A DNA stretch of 64,000 bases from Mobula hypostoma (taxonomy: Eukaryota), in contig NC_086109.1 in the NCBI RefSeq assembly GCF_963921235.1, positions 6,450,001-6,514,000 on the forward strand, in the 5' to 3' direction. This document shows positions 52,737 through 64,000 of this stretch, one piece after another. Every line of letters starts with the position of its first letter. Position 1 is the first letter of the stretch. The notes beneath the pieces are model-generated. The model was not told where the DNA came from. It searched no databases and worked only from the letters and a program-made list of their open reading frames with translations. The position numbers and the translations under genes are program-made.

Positions 52737-53057
52737 TACCAAATATGTAAAGTCTTTTAAAGTAAAGCATGGGTGTCTTCCCCACATAGTAGTAAGAAAT
52801 ACTCACCGTGTTATCCTGTTTGTCATTATTTTGTGGAACAAATTTCATAAACCACAACTATCAGCTTGCAAATTTCTTAAACCTCAACTATCAGCTTGCT
52901 ATGTGTTGCCTGGCTCTACGGAACGGAAGCTTGATTGGGGTCTGTTTAACTTTTTCTTGAATGCTCATCTGGTATATTTATTTATTATTTATTGATATAC
53001 AGTGTGGTTTAGGCCCTCTGGCCCTTTGAGCTGTGCTACCCAGCAATCTCCCAGTTT

Positions 53058-53743
53058 AAGGGAGGGGAGGGGAAGATGGCGGCGCGATGCAGCACGCACA
53101 GCCGCTCCGAAATGATATCATATTTGTTAAGTAGGGGCCGTGCAGAATCTTGATTTGATGGAGACAGACGTGAGAAGCATGGAGGAACATCTGGAGAAAC
53201 TTCTGAAATGCCCGCTTCGCTGCCGCTGCTACTGTGCGAATCCCCGGAGGGGAAGGCCCCAAATCCTTGGCTTTGCCTATTGCCTGTTGCCAGGGCCGGG
53301 GTTGAAGCGCTCGGCAGAGATGGTTCACGGTACTCGGTGTTGGAGGGCTGGTCGGAGGCTCGAAGTTTTCGGACGGACTCGAGTCGGCTGTGGTTGGGTC
53401 CTTCCAGGGTGCTGCATCGGCAAGTTTGCGGCGCTGGAAGCTCATGGCAGGAAGAGTTTTTTTTCTTCCTTCTATCGTCTGCATGAGATGATGGGACTTT
53501 CGAGAGACTTTGAGATTTTTTTTTACCGTGGCCATGGTCTGTTCTTTATCAAATTACGGTATTGCTTTGCACTGTTGTAACTACATGTTATAATTATATG
53601 GTTTTTGTCAGTTTTTCAGTCTTGATTTGTTTTGTGTTTCTGTGATAACATTCTGGAGGAACATTGTATCATTTCTTAATGCATGTATTACTAAATAACA
53701 ATAAAAGAGGACTGCGTGTCCTCATAATCTAATCTAATCTAAT
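53058..53743 (+). mobile_element. Short GC-rich-headed retroelement with (AATCT)n tail, inserted into a V-SINE
   Basis: Begins GGGGAAGATGGCGGCG, has a CpG-rich 5' half and ends AATAAAAG...(AATCT)3. The flanks rejoin as one V-SINE. Confidence 0.6.
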
Positions 53744-54146
53744 TTAATCCTAACCTAATCACAGGACAATTTACATTGACCAGTTAACCTGCCAACCAGT
53801 TTGTCTTTGGACTGTGGGAGGAAAGCAGAGTTCCTGAAGAAACTCACGTGGTCACAAGGAGAACATACAAACTCCTTACAGGCAGCAGCAGGAATTGAAT
53901 CTGGGTCACTGGCACTATAAAGCTTTGTGCTGACCACTACTCTACCATGCTGCTGTGATTACTGACCTATTGGCCATAAATCAAAAACTAGAAAATGGGA
54001 GTTGAGTTGGATAGCTTTTTCTCCCCCCACATCTATGAATGTAAATATTTTGTTTTTGGAGTTCAAACTGTTTTGGTTCTAAGCATTTTGTGCTGATACG
54101 GTGGAAAGTTTGGTCATGTGATTATATGTATTTTTTTCCATCACAG

Positions 54147-54220
54147 GTTCTCTTGGCATTAACAACTTTCCAGTTGCCGTTGTTGGGCAAACACTTTGGA
54201 CAATCACAGTTGTACAGAAG
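54147..54220 (+). CDS. SORT1: SORT1 exon 3
   Basis: cacag|GTT CTC TTG...TAC AGA AG|gt. Encodes VLLALTTFQLPLLGKHFGQSQLYR(S). 74 bp. Confidence 0.95.
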
Positions 54221-55912
54221 GTAGTGTATAAAGCTTTCAGTGTCTTTTGAAATGGAAATTTGAGACAACCGAGGATGTTACATTAATGAGTTTCAACTTG
54301 TAGGTTTGGAGAATAATAAATCCCATTGCAGAAAACAATTTTGGGTGATTAATAGACCATGCTGAAGTTAGGGATGTCTGAAAAATAAATTCCTTTTAAA
54401 GTAAGGAATAGCAGTGACAGCTGTCTCACTTACAACAGAGCATCCTGCATATCTCTTCAGACAATTTCCTTCATTTGTGCAGAGAGGTATGACGTCGACA
54501 ATCATGGTCTTTCCATGACCATGATTGTTCTTGGGAAATTTTTCTACAGAAGTGGTTTGTCATTGCCTTCTTCTGGGCAGTGTCTTTACAAAATGGGTGA
54601 CCCCAGCCATTATCAATATTCTTCAGAGATTGTCTGGCGTCAATGGTCGCATAACCAGGACTTGATATGAACCCGCTGTTGATATGACCATCCACCAGCT
54701 ACTTCCAAGGCTTCACATGATCCTGATCTGGGGTGGGGGGGTGGTGGTCTAAGCAGGTGCTACACCTTGCCCAAGGGTAACCTGCAGGCTCGTGGAGGGA
54801 AGGAGTGCTTCATACCTCCTTTTTAGAGATATATGTCTCTGTAATAAACCAATTTACCAATATACTGGTAATCTTTCCTCTTCCCTCCATCCTGATGCAG
54901 GGTCTTGACCTGAAACATCAACTTACAGCATTTGTGTCCACTGATTCTGCTTGAGCCTCTGATGTCTTCCAATATTTTGTATCGGATTCTGCCTTTTGCC
55001 AATTCTTGTCTTCACGCTCTACCTGTATATTTGCCTCATCAACTAATACGCTGAGCCCTTTGTACACCAACATTTGCAAATTTCTCGATATTTAAAGAAT
55101 TTTTGTTCTCTTGAATGTGGTCCCACAGAACACATTTGGTGCCTTCCTGCACTCATTCTGTCTGTGCCTCTTTGCCTCCTTACAAATTCTCATACCTCAT
55201 TTTTCACCTAGCTTTGCATCAGTTGCAGACTTGTATAGTACATATTTTTATCCAAGCAATTAATACAAATAGCAAACAGCCTAATAAAGGCCAACATGTT
55301 AATTTGACCTCAGATTCACTGTATATACCTCAAGTGAGTGAATTAAGTCATTGGAATAGAATTAGGCTATTTAGCCCATCTAGTCCACTTCACCAGTTCA
55401 TCTTGACTGAATTATTTTGCCTCTTAACCCCATTCTCCTGCCTTCTCCCAGTAACCCTTGATGCCCCAACTAATCAAGAATTTATTAACATCCACTTTAA
55501 ACGTATCCAATAAGTTGGCCTCCAGAGCTTTCTGTGGCAATGAATTCCACAGATTCATCACCTCCTGGCAAAAGAAATTCCTCCTGTTCTCTGTTCTGAG
55601 GGACTTTCTTACAATCTGAAGCAATGCCCGCTGGTCCTAGACTCCCTCACTATAGGAAACATCACCTCCATGTCCAGTAGGCATTTCAATATTCAATAGG
55701 TTTCAATGAGATCCTAAACTCCAAGTACAGGCCCAGAGCTCTTCATACGTTAACCTTTTCATTCCCATGTTAATTCTTGTGAACCTCGTCTGGACTCTCC
55801 AATACCAGCACATCCTTTCTTAGATAAGGGGCCCAAAACTGCTCATGATACTCGGCACTTTCAAATATTGTTTAATTATCCTGGGCTTTATTGTATTTTA
55901 CTTTCGTTTCAG

Positions 55913-56015
55913 TGATAATTATGGGAAGACTTACTCTGATATTACAAAGCTCATCAATAATACATTCATTCGTACTGAATTTGGAATTGCTATTGGTCCT
56001 GACAACTCTGGAAAG
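55913..56015 (+). CDS. SORT1: SORT1 exon 4
   Basis: ttcag|T GAT AAT TAT GGG...GGA AAG|gtaaa. Encodes (S)DNYGKTYSDITKLINNTFIRTEFGIAIGPDNSGK, including the Asp-box SxDxG-like motif. 103 bp. Confidence 0.97.
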
Positions 56016-58756
56016 GTAAATCATATTTGATTGCTAGATCTGTTCAAATGATATAATGCTACTTTTTATTGTTTTTAAAATGTCCTTACATTTTATTGAT
56101 TTTGGACCTCCTGCTGTAGTCAAGGTTAGGATTGACAGCCCTGGATTATTTTGCTGCATCATGTAAAACTGCAGGTGTCGTCCATTCTGTGTAGTCAGCA
56201 CTGGTGTGGTATGCCATGCTCATATCAGTGAAAATGATCATTTTGGGCTGCTTTGCATAAAAAACAAGAACAGTCAGGAGGGGAAACAGTTTCTTCCTTC
56301 AAATTATTAAGCTTCTGAACTCCCTGTGGCATCACATTCAAAGTGTCACTGGTTAATCTGTTACGTACCTTACAATATTTAATTTATGCACTTTAGTTTG
56401 TTCATTTATTTGTGAACCATCTGTAGATTTCATCCTTATTTTCATAAGTTAATATGTGTTATGTATGCTGCAGTGCTTTACTCCCTGGTTCAGAGAAACT
56501 TTCTCTCATTTATATGCATGTGTATAGTTCTATGACAATAAACTCAGGGTATGGAAAATATTAGTGAAAAACTTGATCAGGCATATATGGGTAGCTTAAT
56601 CGATACAGGAAGACTTAAAAGTAGGAAAAGATTTTTAATAACTCAACTATGAAATAAGACATTTTTTTTACTAATGCTATTTGATAAATATCAACAAGAG
56701 AATATGAATCAGGTTTAATAGCACTGACAAATATCGTGAAATTTGTTGATTTGCAGCAGCAGTATAGTGCTTTACATAGAAAACTAATTACAATGATATA
56801 TTATTAGATCTCATTGAAACCTATCAAATATTTAAAGGCAAGTGGACATAGAGTGGACATGGAGAAAATGTTTGCTACAGTAGGAGAGTCTAGGAATAGA
56901 GGGTACAGCCTCAGAATAGAGAAACGTTTATTTAGAACGGAAATGGAGGAATTTCTTCGGCCAGAGGGTCACGAATCTGTCAAGTTCATTGAATGAACTG
57001 CTGTGGAGGCCAATCATTGAGTGTATTTAAAGCAGAGGTTGATAATTTTTTGATTAGTTAAGGTGTAAAAGGTTACAAGGAGAATGGGGTTGAGGGAAAT
57101 AATAAATCAGCAATGATGGAATGGTGGAACAGACTCGATGAACCGAATGGCCTAATTATGCTCCTATGTCTTATGTATATATAATCTAGTGGTGGTGGGG
57201 AAGAAGCTGTTCCAAAATACACAAGTTTTTTCTGTTTTTCTATAAGCCCATCACCCCTACTGGGGCATCAGCTGTTGATAGCGGCTTGCCAGAATCCTCA
57301 AGGTCTTTGGAGCCTCTGTTGGCATTTCTGTAGCTCTGTGTTTTATGGATTGGGGTTGCTAGCTCCATTCCCGACCCTCGTCCTTTCACAGCCAGGCTTG
57401 GGACTGTCCGTGGCAGGGTTCAGGTAGTTAGAAGTAGCAAATAAAACGTTGGGACAGTCAGCAGATTGGATAGTAGGGCGGGTAAACTAGGAAAGTTACA
57501 GCTGGAGAGCCTACATTAAAACTAATCAGCTCAGGTTTTATCTGAAGTTGTTCAGATAAGTTTTGATTTCCAAGGATTTGAACTGTGCTTGGATGGAAGA
57601 TGAGCTTCTGTTTCATGAGTGTGCTTTGCACCTGTTGCCAATATATCAGAGGCTAAGGACAGAAAGAAGTCAACATGATCACTGAAGTGACTGGCAAATG
57701 GAAATTTGCTCTCTCTTTTGATGTTGCTGAAAGCAGGCGTCCAATTCTGCCTTTCCTTTCTACCGTAGAAAGGAAGTCATTTTCTCAGTAGCAACTGGGA
57801 TACCCTAAATTGGGTTGGGGGGAGGGTGTAGATACACTTTGGGTGGGGATGCGTCTCTACCAAAGGAGGTGTAAAGTGCTCGCTCCCTCCTGCAGGTCAC
57901 CCTTGGACTTGGTGTAGCACCTGCTTAGCCCCGCAACACACACAAAAGGCTGGAGGAACTCAGCCAGCCAGGCAACATCTGTGGAAAAGAGTACATAGTC
58001 GACGTTTTGGACTGAGACCTTTTCATCAGGACTGGGGAAAAGAAGATGAGAAGTCAGAGCAAGGAGCTGGGGTGGGGGAGGTAAATGATAGATGAAACCG
58101 GGAGGGGATGAAGTAAAGAACTGGGAAGTTGATAGGTGAAAGAGATAAAGGGCTGGAGAAGGGAAATTTGATAGGAGAGGGTAGAAGACCATGAAAGGAA
58201 GGGAAGGTGGAGGAGGTGATGGGTAGGAAAAGAGATGAGGTGTGAGAGAGAGAGAAACGGGAGTGGGGAATGGTGAAGGGGGGGGGGCAAGATGACCCCA
58301 ACAGACTCACAGGTGAAATGTAGCTTCAAGCCTGATGACATGAACATAAATTTCTCAAGCTTCTGATAATTGCTTCCCCTGCCCCCGACATCGCAGTGTT
58401 GTCATGGTGAATGAATTAGGATTTCGTTTGGGTTTACATCTGCCTGTCGGAGTTAAATGGATTTGAAGCGTCTTCATGAAGATGTCCAAATCTTGCTTTT
58501 GTAAATTTGTGGCTATTCATTCCATTTCATCAGCATGTGAAGTGATAATGTATGTCTAGAGGTACATGGTTAGTACTGTTCCACAGGAACTGCAATAAGA
58601 CCACTACGGATTGTGTGATAAATTATAAATAACCTGAATGAAAATATTAAGGTAAATTTGCAGATGATACAAAAATAACAGTGAATATGTTCAAAGGAAT
58701 CTTGGGGTTCAAGTCATAGCTTGCTGTAAGCGACTGCACAGCTTAGTGACGGTAAA

Positions 58757-59233
58757 TAGACAATAGGTGCAGTAGGCCATTCAGTCCTTCGAGCCAGCAC
58801 CACCATTCACTGTGATCATGGCTGATCATCCACAATCAGTACCCTTTTCCTGCCTTCTCCCCATATCCCTTCACTTCGCTATCTTTAAGAGCTCTATCTA
58901 ATTCTTTCTTGAAAGAATCCAGAGAATTGGCCTCCACTGCCTTCTGAGGCAGAGCATTCCACAGAACCACAACCCTCTGTGTGAAAAAGTTTTTCCTCAA
59001 CTCCGTTCTAAATTGTCTACCCCTTATTCTTAAACTGTGGCCTCTGGTTCTGGACTCCCCCAACATCGGGAACATGTTTCCTGCCTCTAGCATGTCCAAT
59101 CCCTTAATAATCTTATATGTTTCAATCAGATCCCTTCTCATCCTTCTAAATTCCAGTGTATACAACCCCAGTCACTCCAATCTTTCAACATATGACAGTC
59201 CCGCCATCCCAGGAATTAACCTCGTGAACCTAC
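58757..59233 (-). mobile_element. CR1 LINE 3' fragment
   Basis: YTLEFRRMRRDLIETYKIIKG...RTRGHSLRI...FFTQRVV.LWNALP. Similar CR1 3' ends at about 13205-13560, 16800-17440, 38495-38900, 39960-40735, 55350-55855 and 56805-57175. Confidence 0.9.
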
Positions 59234-60705
59234 AGTAAATAAGGCATATGGCATGCTTGCCTTTATTGGTTGAGGAATTGAGTTCATGAAGTTGGGAAGT
59301 TGTTGGCAGTTATATAAAAACTTTTGTTGGGCCACATCTGTAGTATCACCCCATTATGGAAAAGATGTGGATGCTTTGGAAGGGGTACCTTTTTCCCTGG
59401 GGGTTGAAATGTCTAGTACTTGAGGGCATACGTTTCAAGCTGGGGAGGGGTTAAGTTCAAAGGAGACGTGAGGGTCAGTTTTGGTTTACACTGTGGGGTG
59501 CCTGGAATGGTCTAGCAAGGTTTTAAGTGGAGGCAAATATGATAGAAGCATTTAAAATGTTCTTAGATAGCACATAATGTGTAGCGAATGGAGGGCTATG
59601 GACATTGTGTAGCCAAAAGGGATTAGTTTAGGCATTTAATTACTTCCACACAACATGATAGTTCTCTGTCCCCTCCCCCCACCTTTTAAATCTACTCCTC
59701 AGCTATTTTTCTCCAGTCCTGCCGAAGGGTTTTGGCCCAAAACGTTGACTGTACTTTTTTCCGTAGATGCTGCCTGGCCTGCTGAGTTCCTTCAGCATTT
59801 TGTGTGTGTTGCTCAGTACAGTATAGGCCCTTCAGCCCACAATGATTTCCAGCATCTGCAGATTTTCTCTTGTTTATACTTTATACTTTATTGTCGCCAA
59901 ACAAGTGATACTGGTACGTACAATCATCACAGTGATACTTGATTCTGCGCTTCACACTCCCTGGATTACAAATATTAAATATTAAAAATAGTAAAAATTA
60001 GTAAATATTAAAAATTTAAATTATAAATTATAAATAGAAAATAGAAAAATGTAAGGTAGGGCAAAAAAACGGAGAGGCAGGTCCAGATATTTGGAGGGTA
60101 CGGCCCAGATCCGGGTCAGGATCCGTTCAGCAGTCTTATCACAGTTGGAAAGAAGCTGTTCCCAAATCTGGCCGTACAAGTCTTCAAGCTCCTGAGCCTT
60201 CTCCTGGAGGGAAGAGGGACGAAAAGTGTGATGAGCCAAAGGGTCTGTTGGGTGCTGTTTTGTTATCAGAGTTCAGTAGTACTATACAAAAACAGACCTT
60301 CTCACCCATTGACTCTGCACTGATGATAAAAACTGATGGGTTCCCATAGACCCTTACCATTAACCAGGGGGTTCGTGGGCCTACATTGATACAATTTTAT
60401 TTTCTTCTTAACCCATAAACTGCCCCAAGATTCTCCCACTCACGGACACGCACATTGGGCAGTTACCACCAGCCTGCACACTTTTGGGAGCACTGGTCAT
60501 GAGGATAATGTGTGCATTCCACAGTGACGGCACCAGATGTGAGGATTGAATGGGGCAGCTGGGATTGTGAGGTAACAGTTTTAGCTGTGACACTGTAATA
60601 TTCTGGACAGCATTGATAAACAACTTGAGAACTTACTCTGTATTTTAAATGGAATTTTAGCTGTGGATTTTAAAATATTGATTGTGCTTTTTCCTTTTAT
60701 TTTAG

Positions 60706-60870
60706 GTGATCCTTACTGCTGATGTTTCTGGAAGGAGTAGTGGTGGGAGAATATTTAGATCAAGTGATTTTGGAAAGAATTTTGTCGCCACAAACCTTCC
60801 TTTCCATCCACTATTGCAAATCCTTTATCATTCAGAGAATTCGGAACATCTGTTGGCATTAAGCATCGAT
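60706..60870 (+). CDS. SORT1: SORT1 exon 5 (gene continues beyond the window)
   Basis: tttag|GTG ATC CTT...ATC GAT|gtaagt. Encodes [55 protein letters not shown]. 165 bp. Confidence 0.97.
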
Positions 60871-61347
60871 GTAAGTATATCAGAGAGAAAATACTAGTCA
60901 ATTTTTGGAAAATACAAAATGTTTTGTTTGTGCCATTTTTAGCCTTCTGCAATTAGTTTTGTCATTATAATCAGCATCTTTTGATTTGACACATTCATGG
61001 CTTTCTGGAATCAATGTCATCTTGTATTATTAAAAAATCAAGATTAGCTTGCTGAAATACAGTACGTGTTTTGTTTTATGTCAATGACTAACAGTCTAAA
61101 GATGTGCTGGAACAGCTGCAAACTGTTACACTATCCACTACACCACTGTGCCACACTACACTTCCCTCTGGCCCAAGCTATTTTATTCCACCACACTTCC
61201 CCTTGCACCATTGTCCCTTCTGTCAGTCTCATCACAGTACATCTTTTCACTTTTTGAAATTCATTCACCTAATAGATAATGGGGCTTCTCTGTGCTTAGC
61301 ATTTGTATAATTCTCTTTCTGAAGGATGAGACATCAGATCTCTGTTT

Positions 61348-63342
61348 ACATAGAGACATAGAAAACCTACAGCACAATACAGGCCCTTCAACCCACAAAG
61401 TTGTGCCGAACATGTCCTTACCTGAGAAATTACCTAGGGTTACCCATAGTCCTCTACTTTTCTGAGCTCCATATACCTGTCCAGGAGTCTCTTAAAAGAC
61501 CCTATCGTATTCGTATCCGCCTCCACCACCGTTGCCGGCAGCCCATTCCACGCACTCACCACTCTTTGCATAAAAAAAACTGATATCTCTTCTGTACCTA
61601 CTTCCAAGCACCTTAAAACTGTGTCCTCTCGTGCTAGCCATTTCAGCTCTGGGGGAAAAAGCCTCTGACTATCCACACAATACCTCTCATCATCTTATAT
61701 ATCTCTATGAGGTCACCTCTCATCCTCCGTCGCTCCAAGGAAAAAAGGCCAAGTTCACACAACTTGTTCTCATAAGGCATGCTCCCCAATCCAGGCAACA
61801 TCCTTGTGAATCTCCTCTGCACCCTTTCTATGGCTTCCACATCTTTCCTGTAGTGAGGCGACCAGAAATGAGCACAGTATTCCAAGTGGGGTCTGACCAA
61901 GGTCCTATACAGCTGCAACATTACCTCTCGGCTCCTAAACTCAATCCCACGGTTGATGAAGGCCAATTCTCCATATGCTCTCTTAACCACAGATTCAACC
62001 TGCGCAGCAGCCTTGAGTGTCCTATGGACTCAAAGCCCAAGATCCTTCTGATCTTCCATGCTGCCAAGAGTCTTACCACTAATACTCTATTCTGTCATCA
62101 CATTTGATCTACCAAAATGAACCACCTCACACTTATCTGGGTTGAACACCATCTGCCACTTCTCTGCCCATTTTTGCATCCTATCAATGTCCCGATGTAA
62201 CCTCTGACAGCCCCCCACACTATCCACAATACCTCCAACCTTTGTGTCATCAGCAAGTTTACTAACCAGTCCCTCGACTTCCTCATCCAGGTCATTTATA
62301 AAAATCACAAAGAGTAAGGGTCCCAGAACTGATCCCTGAGGCACATCACTGGTCACCGAACTTCATGCAGAATATGACCCGTCTACAACCATTCTTTGCC
62401 TTCTGTGGGCAAGCCAGTTCTGGATCCACAAAGCAAGGCCCCCTTGGATCCTATCCCTCCTTACTTTCTCAATAAGCCTTGCATGGGTTCCTTGTCAAAT
62501 GCTTTGCTGAAATCCAAGTATTTGAAATGGCCACAACATCACAGCTCCAAGTACTGATCCACACTCTAAGCTCATCTGCTTTGTTCGTAATACTCCTTGC
62601 ATTAAAATAGACACATCTCAAACCGTTGGTCTGAGTGCGTCCCCTCTCGATCACCTGCCTATCCCCCTTTTCGCACTGTCTCCAAGCTTTCTCTATTTGT
62701 GAGCCAACTGCCTCTTCCTCCATCTCTTCAGTTTGGTTCCCACCCCCCAGGAATCCTAGTTTAAACTCTCCCCAACTGCCTTAGCAAACCTCCGTGCCAG
62801 GATATGGGTCCCCCTGGGATTCAAGTGCAACCCATCCTTTTTGTACAGGTCATGCCTGCCCCAAAAGACGACCCAATGATCCAGAAATCTGAATCCCTGC
62901 CCCTTGCTCCAATCCCTCAGCCACACATTTACTCCACCTCACTCTATTCCTATACTCACTATCGCTTGGCACAGGCAGTAATCCCGAAGTGACTACTTTT
63001 GTGGTCCTGCTTCTCAACTTTCTTCCTAACTCCCTGTAGTCTGCTTTCAGGACCTCCTCCTTTTTCCTGCCTATGTCGTTGGTACCAATATGTACCACAA
63101 CCTCTGGCTGTTCTGCTTTGCACTTCAGGATATCATGGACGTGGTCAGAAACATCCCAGCCCTGGCACCTGGGAGGCAAACTACCATCCGTGCTTCTTTC
63201 CTGCATCCACAGAATTGCCTGTCTGACCCCTTAACTATAGAGTCCCCTATCACTGCTGCCATCCTCTTCCTTTCCCTACCCTTCTGAGCCACAGGGCCAG
63301 ACTCTGTGCCAGAGGCACAGCCACTGTTGCTTCCCACAGGTT
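61348..63342 (-). mobile_element. CR1 LINE with ORF1 esterase remnant and internally deleted ORF2
   Basis: ORF1 SGNH-esterase motifs AVIGDSIV and VVVHIGTNDIG; endonuclease start LRCVYFNARSI; RT motifs VPQGSVLGPLLFVIFINDLD and SKLADDTK; C-terminal LYRTLVRPHLEYC. Confidence 0.92.
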
Positions 63343-64000
63343 TGCAATTTGCATTCACGTTTCTGGTTTGTTACAAAAAATATTGAAAGCTATAGGCAGT
63401 GATCTGAGCCTGCAGCTTTAAAATTTAACTAAAAAAACTAATTAGGCAAAATAGCGTAGCAAAAAGTGAACATTGACCAATGCAGCGTGGTTAACCAAAC
63501 GTTTCACAGTACCAACTCTAAGATGGGGGTTCTATTCCCGCCACAGTCTGTAAGGAGTTTGTTAGTTCTTCCTGTGAACATTTCTCCAGAATTTTGTGGG
63601 TGTTGCTCTGGATGTTTTGTTATCTCACACGTTCCCAAGATCAGGTCAGTCAGTTGTGGGCATGGTATGTTGGCACCAGGAGCAGGCTGCCCCAGCACTT
63701 CCTCAGACTATGTTGGTCGTTGACGCAAACAACGCATTTCACTGTATCGCAAATGAGAAAGTCTGCAGATGTTGGAAATCAAAGTAATACTCACAAAATG
63801 CTGGAGGAACTCAGCAGGCCAGGCAGCATCTATGGAAAAAAATAAACAGTCGATGTTTCCTGCTGAGGACCTTTATCGGAACTTCATCGTACATTTCACT
63901 GTATGTTTTGATGTACATGTGACAGATAAAGCTAATCTTCATAATCAACCAATTCCCCAATTCCACCTTGAAATGTGCAATATGTTGTTGGCAAAAAATA

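Noticed and set aside
52848..52900. Short direct repeat AAACC(A/T)CAACTATCAGCTTGC x2
   Set aside because: A small local duplication with no further structure.
61260..61310. Possible SORT1 exon 6 (ag ATAATGGGGCT...)
   Set aside because: The translation does not match the expected NGLWVSKNFG-like sequence and the acceptor is poor. Exon 6 is probably beyond the window.

Overview
This is eukaryotic (vertebrate) DNA, most likely from a shark or ray, inferred from the V-SINE/HE1-like SINEs and the abundant CR1 and Penelope repeats. Two + strand genes lie in tandem. PSMA5 (proteasome alpha-5) has coding exons 2-9 at 1922-17683, with exon 1 upstream of the window. SORT1 (sortilin) has exons 1-5 at 33489-60870 and continues past the window end. 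All exons have GT-AG boundaries and matching phases. The rest is dense transposon material. The notable parts are: (1) a family of Penelope-like terminal repeats carrying minimal type I hammerhead ribozyme motifs, including three fold-back (hairpin) insertions with 13-15 bp target-site duplications; (2) a decayed but fully delimited Gmr1-type Gypsy LTR retrotransposon in SORT1 intron 2, with integrase before RT, a tRNA-Pro PBS and a TACC TSD; (3) a ~5 kb 33/34-bp minisatellite ending ~240 bp upstream of the SORT1 ATG, with a polarised decay gradient and higher-order periodicity; (4) a sortilin exon 1 that appears to lack nearly all of the mammalian propeptide. Family assignments come from motif recognition and recalled reference sequences, not database searches. 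Repeat boundaries without a TSD or TIR are approximate.
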